Below are positions 56,285 to 64,000 of a stretch of 64,000 nucleotides of DNA, in pieces (the first letter of the stretch is position 1; the number at the start of each line of letters is the position of its first letter). The position numbers and the translations under genes were made by a program. The stretch comes from Candidatus Omnitrophota bacterium (lineage in GTDB: Bacteria > Omnitrophota > Gorgyraeia > Zapsychrales > JANLHA01). The notes under the pieces are model-generated. The model searched no databases. It was not told where the DNA came from and saw only the letters and a program-made list of their open reading frames with translations. The stretch spans positions 11,467 to 75,466 of the forward strand of contig JACKFI010000006.1 in assembly GCA_020632555.1 (NCBI GenBank), in the 5' to 3' direction.

Positions 56285-57757
56285 CTAAAGAAGCTCTCTC
56301 TCACCAAAAACATCAGCTGTAAATATTTCAATATGAGTTGCTGGGTCTTGCCAGCAATTTGCCGGTAAATTAGCTTTCTGTGAACACAATTCCGAAAGAA
56401 ACTTCTCCTTGCTCCACTGGGTCTCAGTCGCGACTTGCGGCAAAAAGACGCCATGCGCTCGTCCTTTACTGATGATCACGCCATGCACACCCATTTGAAT
56501 TTCGCCAATATCTTTAATCCGCCATGGACGAGAAAGAACAGAAATTTCCAAATCAATGCTCTTAAGCTCCTCTGCCCTTACAGCCGAAAACCGCGGATCT
56601 TGCGTCGCCGCGGCAATAGCCATGTCACGCACTGTTTTCTGCAAAGGTTCATCGCTAACAATATGTCCAATACACCCCCGCAGCTGCCCATTCTTATGGA
56701 TTGTGACAAAAGCCCCTTGGGGATACGACAGCCGAGCATCATCAATCTGAATGTTTTTAACTTTATGCTCAGTCACATAATTTTCAATTGTCTGACGTGC
56801 CAAAGTCAATAACTGCTTTTTTTGTTCTAAATTTAAAACTGACACAGCATTTCCTTTTGTTTCTTGCCCTGAAAGATGCGACTTATAAAAAATAACAGAA
56901 CTATAGCCAACAACTCGGCTATTATCGCCAGTGATATCGCCGGAGTGAGCATACTTCAAAACTTTGGCCTGCAATCCCCGTGATTGCGCCAACAAAAGAG
57001 CTGTGGTCACTGGAACAAAACCGCACATTTCCATTTTACCCATACGGCATTGTTGATAAAGAACTGCGGCGTCGAGTTTTTCAATACTGGCCAAAGTTAT
57101 TGCATCCATTGCGCGGGCTGCAGCACCCTGATGATAATGCGACATATCGCTGCTCACGACCACCAGAACATCAGAACGTTTGCCAATCAACTGGTCCAAA
57201 GCCACTGCTAATTTCTGACAGCTGGCATAACTCATCTGCCCTAAAATCACCGGAACAATTTTAAAATCCATAAAAGTTTTCTGTAAAAAAGGAATTTCAA
57301 CTTCCAGAGAATGTTCTTTTTGATAGGCTTGGGCATCAAAAGCAAACTGTTGATCAACAGCGCTGAGTTTCTGTGCAAATTCTTCATCAACAGCCACGGT
57401 CCCTAAAGGAGTTTGAAATCCGCCCTGACTCCACACTGAAGCCCCGGCAAAACCATAAAAATGACTGGGTGCCAAAATAACAATTGTTTTAAATTGCTTT
57501 TGACTAGCTGCTTTAAAGCTATACCCCGCAACAGGCCCAGAATAAACATAACCGGCATGCGGCGCAATCACAATCTGAACATCATCTTCAACCGCAACAG
57601 TATCCGCGTCTTTAAGATAAGCCTCTAGATTCTGTGATAGTTTTTTAGGATCAGCGTCATAAAACTGGCCGCTGACATTGGGAAGTTTAATATTTTGAGG
57701 AAAAGCAGGTCGAGCCATAACAACCAATAAAATTAGAATAAAGGTTAGACGTCGCAC
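56285..57757 (-). CDS. Memo-like (AmmeMemoRadiSam protein B) :: AMMECR1 (protein A) fusion with N-terminal signal peptide
   Basis: MRRLTFILILLVVMARPAFPQ precedes the Memo start SGQFYDADPKKL and IAPHAGYVYSG. The C-terminal third has the AMMECR1 block GAFVTIHKNGQLRGCIG. Confidence 0.75.
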   Translation of the reverse strand: MRRLTFILILLVVMARPAFPQNIKLPNVSGQFYDADPKKLSQNLEAYLKDADTVAVEDDVQIVIAPHAGYVYSGPVAGYSFKAASQKQFKTIVILAPSHFYGFAGASVWSQGGFQTPLGTVAVDEEFAQKLSAVDQQFAFDAQAYQKEHSLEVEIPFLQKTFMDFKIVPVILGQMSYASCQKLAVALDQLIGKRSDVLVVVSSDMSHYHQGAAARAMDAITLASIEKLDAAVLYQQCRMGKMEMCGFVPVTTALLLAQSRGLQAKVLKYAHSGDITGDNSRVVGYSSVIFYKSHLSGQETKGNAVSVLNLEQKKQLLTLARQTIENYVTEHKVKNIQIDDARLSYPQGAFVTIHKNGQLRGCIGHIVSDEPLQKTVRDMAIAAATQDPRFSAVRAEELKSIDLEISVLSRPWRIKDIGEIQMGVHGVIISKGRAHGVFLPQVATETQWSKEKFLSELCSQKANLPANCWQDPATHIEIFTADVFGERELL

Positions 57758-57761
57758 AAAA

Positions 57762-58259
57762 CTACTTTTCTGATTTTAGAAAATATTTATCCAAACTCCA
57801 AAACGAAGTATATTCTACCACCCCACGTAACAAAACGATTGTTAACAACAATAAGCATATGTCAAGAATAAGCGTATGATGAATATCCGATGAAAAAAGA
57901 CCACCAAAACACCCACAATATTCCAGAGGAAGTTTACGAATCAAGGCTTGCGAAATAATCCCAATAAAAGTCATAATCATCAAAACAAATGCCCGCAATA
58001 CCCACTTTAACCATAGTCCCAATACCAAAAACAAACCCAAGAAAAGCTCAATCCATGGAAAAACTCGCGCAACAATATTTTCTAACATCGCCGGAAGAAT
58101 TTCATATCCCTGCACCACATAAAGAAAATTCTGATACGGTTCCATGATCTTGGTAATACCGATCACAACAAAAAGGCTACCAATCAAAACTCTGAGAATA
58201 AAGAATTTAGGGCCTAAATTCTTAATCATCTTGATCTTTGCATTTGTCTCTGAATTCAT
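57762..58259 (-). CDS. MauE/DoxX-family membrane protein
   Basis: 4 TM helices and the CGCFGG motif characteristic of MauE-like proteins. Confidence 0.6.
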   Translation of the reverse strand: MNSETNAKIKMIKNLGPKFFILRVLIGSLFVVIGITKIMEPYQNFLYVVQGYEILPAMLENIVARVFPWIELFLGLFLVLGLWLKWVLRAFVLMIMTFIGIISQALIRKLPLEYCGCFGGLFSSDIHHTLILDICLLLLTIVLLRGVVEYTSFWSLDKYFLKSEK

Positions 58260-58939
58260 GGTTTGACCTCGCTTGGGATAGACACTTCAACGGGCGTCTT
58301 TATCCCTAATAACTCATCTAACTTCATTTGTAATGATTTTGTGCCGACCACCATTTCATGATTGATAAAATAAGAGGGTGTCGAAGAAACCATGCGCATT
58401 TTTCCTTCTTCCTGATCAGTCGCAATCGCTTGCTTAACACTATCATCTTTTAAGCACGCATTTAACTGATCAAGATTCACACCTGCTTGCTTACCAATGG
58501 CCTCAAAAGACGGGACCGGATCAATCATCGCCGCCCATTCATTTTGCCGCGCAATCAAAAGATCCATAAACGGCCAAAACTTGTCCTGACGAGCAGCGCA
58601 TTCACCCCAACGCGCACTGGATTCTCCATGTTTATGCATAGCTAACGGAAAATACCGCAATTCAATATAAAGCTTATCAGGATTGTTTTTTAAATATTCA
58701 TGCAACAATTGATACCCTTTGGCGCACGCGGGACATTGGAAATCGATAAATTCAATAATTTTGATTTTAGCTTGCGGATTACCTTGCGCGCGTTGTGGAA
58801 GTTTTATTGCAGCAGGATTTTGAGCCACAACGACCTGTTGTTGCTTTTGCATAAATTTTAAGCCGGAAAATATTGCAATTCCACCAACAATCAAAACAAT
58901 TGTTAAACCCTTTTTGGAAACCTTTGCCATAACACACAC
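58256..58939 (-). CDS. membrane-anchored DsbA-family thiol:disulfide oxidoreductase
   Basis: N-terminal TM anchor, thioredoxin fold with FIDFQCPACA active site, and C-terminal SSTPSYFIN (cis-Pro region). Confidence 0.8.
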   Translation of the reverse strand: MCVMAKVSKKGLTIVLIVGGIAIFSGLKFMQKQQQVVVAQNPAAIKLPQRAQGNPQAKIKIIEFIDFQCPACAKGYQLLHEYLKNNPDKLYIELRYFPLAMHKHGESSARWGECAARQDKFWPFMDLLIARQNEWAAMIDPVPSFEAIGKQAGVNLDQLNACLKDDSVKQAIATDQEEGKMRMVSSTPSYFINHEMVVGTKSLQMKLDELLGIKTPVEVSIPSEVKP

Positions 58940-59010
58940 CTTAATTCATTCAAATTAATACCATTTTGATTAAAAACACGGTTCATTCTAACATAAACCA
59001 AAAACAAAAC

Positions 59011-59045
59011 AAAAAAAACCCCGTAAGAATTTTACGGGGTTTTTA
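59011..59045 (-). terminator. rho-independent (bidirectional-looking) terminator after pckA
   Basis: The stem CCCCGTAA-gaatt-TTACGGGG is flanked by an A-run (59011-59018) and a T-run (59040-59044). On the minus strand it follows the pckA stop by about 20 nt. Confidence 0.85.
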
Positions 59046-59064
59046 AAAACCATAAACCTGCTTT

Positions 59065-60693
59065 TTACAATTTTGGACCAGCTTGATTTGCCAATGTTTG
59101 GCCAGCTGGCGTATCTGTGAAATTCTTAAAATTATCCACAAACATTTGAGCCAATTTACGTAAAGTCGCATCATAATCGGCTTTATCGGCCCAACTGTCA
59201 CGAGGATTAAGAATCTTGGTATTAACACCATTTAAAGCGCGAGGAATTTGTAAATTAAAAACCGGCAAAATATCAAATGCCGCTTGATCAAAAGAACCAT
59301 CCAAAATACGATCAATAATCGCACGGTTTTCTTTTAATGGCATACGAGAACCAACACCGTATTTTCCGCCAATCCATCCGGTGTTAACCAAATAAGCTTC
59401 CGAACCGTGCTCAGCCATTTTTTTACCCAAGATGTCACTATACATCGTCGGATGAACCATTAAGAATGCTTTTCCAAAACAAGCTGAAAAAGTTGCCTTA
59501 GGTTCCGTAACGCCGCGTTCTGTTCCGGCAACTTTGGCTGTGTACCCACTCAAATAATGATACATTGCCTGTTCCTTAGTCAACTTTGACACTGGCGGAA
59601 GAACACCATAAGCGTCACACGTTAAAAAGATAATTTTTTTAGAATGCGTTCCTTTGGAAACCGGCTTAACAATATTATCAATGTGATATATCGGATAAGA
59701 CACTCGGCTGTTTTCTGTTTTGACTTTCGATTTAAAATCAATGTTGCCATCGGCATCCATTGTTAAGTTTTCTAAAAGCGCGTCACGACGAATCGCACGA
59801 TAAATTTCTGGTTCGCTTTCTGGAGACAGATTGATACATTTGGCATAACATCCGCCTTCGAAATTAAAAATCCCATCCTTATCCCAACCATGCTCATCAT
59901 CACCAATCAATTGGCGCTGTGGGTCGGTCGACAATGTTGTTTTTCCTGTTCCAGAAAGACCAAAAAATAATGCCGTGTCACCAGCCTTACCCATATTAGC
60001 TGAACAATGAAATGCCCCAATACCTTTTAAGGGAAGGAAATAATTCATGATCGAAAAGATACCTTTTTTAATCTCTCCGCCATACCAGGTCCCGCCAATA
60101 ACTGTTGTTCTTTCCTTAATATTAAAAGCAACAAACGCCTCTGAATTCAAACCATACTTTGCAAAATCTTTACAAACCACTTTACAAGCATTCAAAATTG
60201 TCCAGTCTGGCGTAAAATCTGTTAATTCTGCTTCTGTAGGACGAATAAACATATTCTTGAAGAAATGAGCCATCCACGCAACTTCTGTGACCAAACGAAC
60301 ACAAATGCGAGTATCTTTATTAGTTCCGCAGAATCCATCAATCACATAGAGCTTTTTACCATTTAATTGTCCAACAGACAATTCTTTCAAATGTTTCCAA
60401 ACATCCACGGTGATCTTTTTATTATCTGAACCTGTCGCCTTTCCATCAGCCCACCAAACATTAGCGCTGGCTGAACCATCGTCAACAATATACTTATCTT
60501 TGGGAGAACGGCCGGTGTATTTACCGGTATCAACCGCAACAGCTCCTAATTTAGATACTGTGCCGCGCTCAAAACCTTCCAAACTCGGATCAGTTTCATG
60601 TTTATAAAGGTCATCGTAAGAAAGGTTGTAATACAATTCTGTCCAGCTTGTTATACCAGCCTTTTCTAGGCCAAGGTCTTGTGTGTTTTTCAT
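59065..60693 (-). CDS. pckA: phosphoenolpyruvate carboxykinase (ATP)
   Basis: 542 aa, with the kinase-1a loop [11 protein letters not shown] and IGDDEHGW. Full-length match to the ATP-type PEPCK pattern. Confidence 0.95.
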   Translation of the reverse strand: MKNTQDLGLEKAGITSWTELYYNLSYDDLYKHETDPSLEGFERGTVSKLGAVAVDTGKYTGRSPKDKYIVDDGSASANVWWADGKATGSDNKKITVDVWKHLKELSVGQLNGKKLYVIDGFCGTNKDTRICVRLVTEVAWMAHFFKNMFIRPTEAELTDFTPDWTILNACKVVCKDFAKYGLNSEAFVAFNIKERTTVIGGTWYGGEIKKGIFSIMNYFLPLKGIGAFHCSANMGKAGDTALFFGLSGTGKTTLSTDPQRQLIGDDEHGWDKDGIFNFEGGCYAKCINLSPESEPEIYRAIRRDALLENLTMDADGNIDFKSKVKTENSRVSYPIYHIDNIVKPVSKGTHSKKIIFLTCDAYGVLPPVSKLTKEQAMYHYLSGYTAKVAGTERGVTEPKATFSACFGKAFLMVHPTMYSDILGKKMAEHGSEAYLVNTGWIGGKYGVGSRMPLKENRAIIDRILDGSFDQAAFDILPVFNLQIPRALNGVNTKILNPRDSWADKADYDATLRKLAQMFVDNFKNFTDTPAGQTLANQAGPKL

Positions 60694-60790
60694 AGCATTT
60701 CCTCGTATTAATTTGGATTAGTAAAATGAGTGCCGATTTGAAATAACTAATCGGGAGATGATACAGTATTTTCCAAGTTAACGCAATAAG

Positions 60791-60806
60791 AAAATATTTA
60801 ACGGCT
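60791..60806. repeat. left copy of the 16-bp direct repeat flanking the IS (AAAATATTTAACGGCT)
   Basis: Identical 16-mer at 60791-60806 and 62290-62305. Confidence 0.85.
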
Positions 60807-62289
60807 GGGAATGATACCATTGATCCTTACCCCCTGATCCCAGCGGAGGCGATGAAAATTTTATGTATTACGGATGAAGCATTTAAAAATATTAAAGAGG
60901 CTTACCAGGCCTTTTGCCAGGGCCTTAGAGGTCGATTACCCAAAAGATCGTTGAACCCTAGCCCCATTAGGGAGAGTTTATTAGTACAAAAACAACCCGT
61001 CCTTAAGAAAAAACATTTTTCGGATTATGAACCCAGCAAAGCGATTTACCTCAACGAATGTGATTATCGCCGCTGGTGCCGCGTTAGCGAATGGTTTAAC
61101 CAATATGGATCTGATTCTGAATATTAAAAATCTATGAATTAAATAAAAATGGACACATAATAGCTCCTAAAAATCCTTGGCGGGATGAAAGGAGTGAAAA
61201 AACTTATGTGTCCGTACAAATATTATCATGTTATGAGACAAAGCAAAGATAAAAAAATCTTACGTTACCAGATGGTTCTAAAGGCTCTAGCGCTGGGCGT
61301 CAAGCCCACAGCCAGACTTTTTAATACCAGCGCGCCTGTGGTCCGTAAATGGTCCAAGCGTTTTAAGACTGACGGTTATCTTGGATTAAACGACCGCTCC
61401 CACAAACCCCACTATTCTCCCGGTGCCACACCCGAGCCTATAAAAAAGTTTATCATCGATCTAAAGGGCAAATATAAGCGTTTGGGCGCAGAACACATTC
61501 GAAACTTAGAAGGTTTAACTTATGCCCCTAAAACCATGCGCAAAATCTGGAAAGAGGCGGGTATCCCGTCGAGAAAGAGACCCAAGAAACATGTCACAAA
61601 GAACAACCTGCGCGCCGTAAAAATGCTCTTTAAATTATTCGAGCAATCCATGGAGGACACCAAAGACCTCATGGATATCCCCGAATACTATCTCCAAGCT
61701 AAAATGCTTAATCTGCCAAAAGTGCAATATACTTTTCGGGAAGTCTCCTGCGGAATTCTTTTTACCGGCTTTGCCAATAATCTTTCGCTAACACATTCAC
61801 AATTATTTGCCGTCTATATCAACCACTTCCTCAAGAAATTTAGCGCTCTGCCGAAATCGGCTATGCGACAAACTGATAATGGCAGCGAATTCATCGGCGC
61901 TTGGAATGCTAAAAAATCTTCTGCCTACACCAAGACCATCGAATCTGTGCCCGGCCAATGGCACAACACAATTTTCCCCGGTGCACATCGCATGCAATCT
62001 GACGTCGAGACGATTCACAATCTCATGGAGATGGAATTCTTTGAGATTGAACAATTCAAGAATAGGGCGGACTTCTTTAACAAAGCCACGTCCTATCAAT
62101 TATTCTTCAACCTGCATCGCACAAACTCTTACAAAGAACACAAAACACCTTGGCAATTAGCCCAAGAAAAGAAACCAGATTTGGACAAACGCTTACTGAT
62201 GGTTCCTCCAGTCGATCTCGACAAACTACTCAACTGGAAATTATCACTTACTCATTCGAAGGGGGGTAACGATCACTTGACCGTTCCCT
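60807..62289 (+). mobile_element. IS481-like insertion sequence (about 1.48 kb) with imperfect ~28-bp terminal inverted repeats
   Basis: The left end is GGGAATGATACCATTGATCCTTACCCCC. The reverse complement of the right end is GGGAACGGTCAAGTGATCGTTACCCCCC; the termini GGGAA and TGATCnTTACCCCC are shared. It contains a DDE/rve transposase ORF and is flanked by a 16-bp direct repeat. Confidence 0.7.
60852..61127 (+). CDS. hypothetical small ORF inside the IS, upstream of the transposase
   Basis: 91-aa ORF with no recognisable motif. Coding status is uncertain. Confidence 0.3.
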   Translation: MKILCITDEAFKNIKEAYQAFCQGLRGRLPKRSLNPSPIRESLLVQKQPVLKKKHFSDYEPSKAIYLNECDYRRWCRVSEWFNQYGSDSEY

Positions 62290-62291
62290 AA
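61185..62291 (+). CDS. IS481-family DDE (rve) transposase
   Basis: N-terminal HTH (ARLFNTSAPVVRKWSKRF...GLNDRSHKPHYSP) and an integrase core with QTDNGSEFIG. The stop codon straddles the right IS end. Confidence 0.8.
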   Translation: MKGVKKLMCPYKYYHVMRQSKDKKILRYQMVLKALALGVKPTARLFNTSAPVVRKWSKRFKTDGYLGLNDRSHKPHYSPGATPEPIKKFIIDLKGKYKRLGAEHIRNLEGLTYAPKTMRKIWKEAGIPSRKRPKKHVTKNNLRAVKMLFKLFEQSMEDTKDLMDIPEYYLQAKMLNLPKVQYTFREVSCGILFTGFANNLSLTHSQLFAVYINHFLKKFSALPKSAMRQTDNGSEFIGAWNAKKSSAYTKTIESVPGQWHNTIFPGAHRMQSDVETIHNLMEMEFFEIEQFKNRADFFNKATSYQLFFNLHRTNSYKEHKTPWQLAQEKKPDLDKRLLMVPPVDLDKLLNWKLSLTHSKGGNDHLTVP

Positions 62292-62305
62292 AATATTTAA
62301 CGGCT
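62290..62305. repeat. right copy of the 16-bp direct repeat flanking the IS
   Basis: AAAATATTTAACGGCT, identical to 60791-60806. Confidence 0.85.
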
Positions 62306-62364
62306 AGCTATCACGGAAATTTTGAGAGCAAAAGAACAATCCATCACAAAAGAGGATATCTTGT

Positions 62365-62748
62365 TTACTGCAGATGTTTAATTTGTTTTTCAATACAAGC
62401 AATCAATTCTTCTATGGTGCCTGGTTTTGCCAAAAAAGCATGCCCGCCAATATAGCCTTCCTGAGCATCAACCTCTTCTTTTGTAATATTTGCCGTAATA
62501 AAAATCACAGGGACATCTTTCAATAAATCATTATTCTTAAATTGATAAACAACATCGGGGCCTTCCAAATCTGGCATAATGATATCTAAAAGAATCACGT
62601 CTGGAATAAACTCAATAGCCGTCTGTAAAGCATCCAAAGGATTATTTTGGATTTTCACTTCGTAGTCCCCGGCAGCCTCAAGATTTAATTTTACCATTTT
62701 TGTAAATCCGCGCTCATCATCGATGACGAGAACTTTCCTCTTTTTCAT
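62365..62748 (-). CDS. single-domain response regulator (CheY-like receiver)
   Basis: KVLVIDDE, DVILLDIIMPDLEG and a conserved Lys context (AKPG). No output domain. Confidence 0.85.
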   Translation of the reverse strand: MKKRKVLVIDDERGFTKMVKLNLEAAGDYEVKIQNNPLDALQTAIEFIPDVILLDIIMPDLEGPDVVYQFKNNDLLKDVPVIFITANITKEEVDAQEGYIGGHAFLAKPGTIEELIACIEKQIKHLQ

Positions 62749-63947
62749 AAACTGCCTTTCTTATTCGCCTTAAAAATGAGTCTTGCGATGGCTCCACCCT
62801 CTTGTTTATTTTGCAAAGAAATAACGCCACCATGGCTATTCATAATTGTACGAGCTATGGAAAGCCCCAGTCCAATACCTCCAGATGCTCGTCGGGTTGT
62901 AAAAAATGGGTCGAAAATTTTAATCAAATATTCTGCTTTTATTCCTGGGCCTGTATCATCAAAATCAACAATAACAACATCCTCACCTTTTATTAAAGAT
63001 TTGCTTCTTTTATCCACCCAACCAATGTCCTGTTCGGCAAATTTTTTAGCATATGTTCGAATAACCAAACAACCACCATCGCTCATCGCATAAAGCGCAT
63101 TTACAATAAGATCAACAACAACCTGCTTGATTCGATTGCAATCAATTTTTATTAACGGCAAATCACTTTGTAAATCTTTTTTAAGCTCAACATTGATGCG
63201 CTCACATTGCGGCCGAATCAAATTAACCGCCTGATCAATTAAAATATTTATATTTTCCGGCTCTTTCTTCAAGTTGGTCAAACTAGCAAAATCTAAAAGT
63301 CCTTTAATAATCCCGTTGGCTGATTTAGCTGCTTCCTTAATTGATTCAAGCGTCAAAACAACTTTTTCATCTGTGGATTTAAGGGCGGTGTTCAAATATT
63401 CAACGCCGTATAAAATTGTAGCCAATGGATTCTTTACTTCATGTGCCACACCGCTGGCTAAACCGCCAATAACATTCATTTTCTCAGCTTGAATCAGCTG
63501 AGTTTGTGTTTGCTGCAATTTATTATAAGCGCCTTTAAGCTCCTCTTCTGCCTTCTTACGTTCCACAGCATAATACAAAGATTTAACCAGAACATAGGAT
63601 TTGTACATCCCTTTAATCAAATAATCTTGAGCTCCCTTGGTGATTGCTTTTAAACCCAAGTCATCCTGATAGGATCCAGTATTAACAACGACCGGCATGT
63701 GGGGAAATTTTCGATGAAAACGTTTCAATGTTTCCAAACCAGTACAATCATCCACATTCAAATCCAATAAGACAACATCAAAATTTTGTTTGGCTAATAA
63801 AATAAAAGCTTGCTCAAGAGAACCTGCAAATTGCGACTCAAAACGACCATACGGAGATGATTGCAGCATTTTATCAATAACCTTACAATCAACGGCACTA
63901 TTTTCCACCAGCAAAACTCGAAGTTTTTTATCAAATTGTGATTTCAT
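62745..63947 (-). CDS. hybrid response-regulator / histidine kinase (REC-HisKA-HATPase)
   Basis: N-terminal receiver (VLLVENS...DVVLLDLNV), H-box GVAHEVKNPL, N/G boxes (NALYAM, DTGPGI, GGIGLGLS). It overlaps the downstream RR gene by 4 nt. Confidence 0.85.
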   Translation of the reverse strand: MKSQFDKKLRVLLVENSAVDCKVIDKMLQSSPYGRFESQFAGSLEQAFILLAKQNFDVVLLDLNVDDCTGLETLKRFHRKFPHMPVVVNTGSYQDDLGLKAITKGAQDYLIKGMYKSYVLVKSLYYAVERKKAEEELKGAYNKLQQTQTQLIQAEKMNVIGGLASGVAHEVKNPLATILYGVEYLNTALKSTDEKVVLTLESIKEAAKSANGIIKGLLDFASLTNLKKEPENINILIDQAVNLIRPQCERINVELKKDLQSDLPLIKIDCNRIKQVVVDLIVNALYAMSDGGCLVIRTYAKKFAEQDIGWVDKRSKSLIKGEDVVIVDFDDTGPGIKAEYLIKIFDPFFTTRRASGGIGLGLSIARTIMNSHGGVISLQNKQEGGAIARLIFKANKKGSL

Positions 63948-64000
63948 AAAAGAATGTTTTCAAAAAATTCGTTAACGTTGAGAAAGACCTTCAATATTAT

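Noticed and set aside
56285-57757. Search for the radical-SAM (CxxxCxxC) partner expected for an AmmeMemoRadiSam system
   Set aside because: I saw no ORF in the supplied six-frame track with a radical-SAM CxxxCxxC N-terminal motif. The canonical three-gene system is therefore not called; the absence is reported under findings instead.

Overview
This is a compact, moderately AT-rich chromosomal segment with about 55 protein genes, mostly on the minus strand. The gene content suggests an anaerobic, probably uncultivated, bacterium: split transketolase, ADP-forming acyl-CoA synthetase, DUF134, and Memo/AMMECR1. All calls rest on motif and architecture recognition in the supplied translations and on reading the DNA; no searches were run.

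Contents from left to right:
- a CPBP intramembrane protease
- a three-subunit xanthine-dehydrogenase-family molybdoenzyme, with MocA-like and XdhC-like maturation genes nearby
- a cyclophilin
- a DUF134 regulator with a striking upstream palindrome
- a tetrapyrrole cluster: hemL, hemB and a HemC-like::CobA::HemD triple fusion
- a cNMP-binding::degenerate ParA::patatin protein
- a beta-oxidation / acyl-CoA cluster
- a copper-type export island: periplasmic TRASH/YHS protein, CopA-like P-type ATPase, DUF2231, CusCBA-like RND system and a small Cys/His-rich leader gene
- a lipoprotein glycosidase-like beta-propeller with a (PDPV)n linker
- transaldolase plus split transketolase
- tRNA-Lys(CTT)
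- an S1 protease translationally coupled to an STT3/PglB/AglB-type oligosaccharyltransferase homologue whose WWD motif reads WWPPG
- a PilO-like protein with a 78-bp tandem-repeat Gly/Ser tail, plus a TPR protein
- an eight-gene envelope thiol-redox operon
- pckA
- an IS481-like element
- a response regulator and a hybrid kinase

I found no rRNA, CRISPR array, prophage or recognisable defence island.

The best candidates for something undescribed are:
1. The eight-gene redox operon: DsbA, MauE, an exported Memo::AMMECR1 fusion, an SdpA/SdpB-like pair with an HTTM::DCC fusion, two small secreted proteins, and a DUF255 thioredoxin-domain protein.
2. The non-canonical oligosaccharyltransferase cassette.
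3. The HemC-like domain that lacks its cofactor-binding domain.
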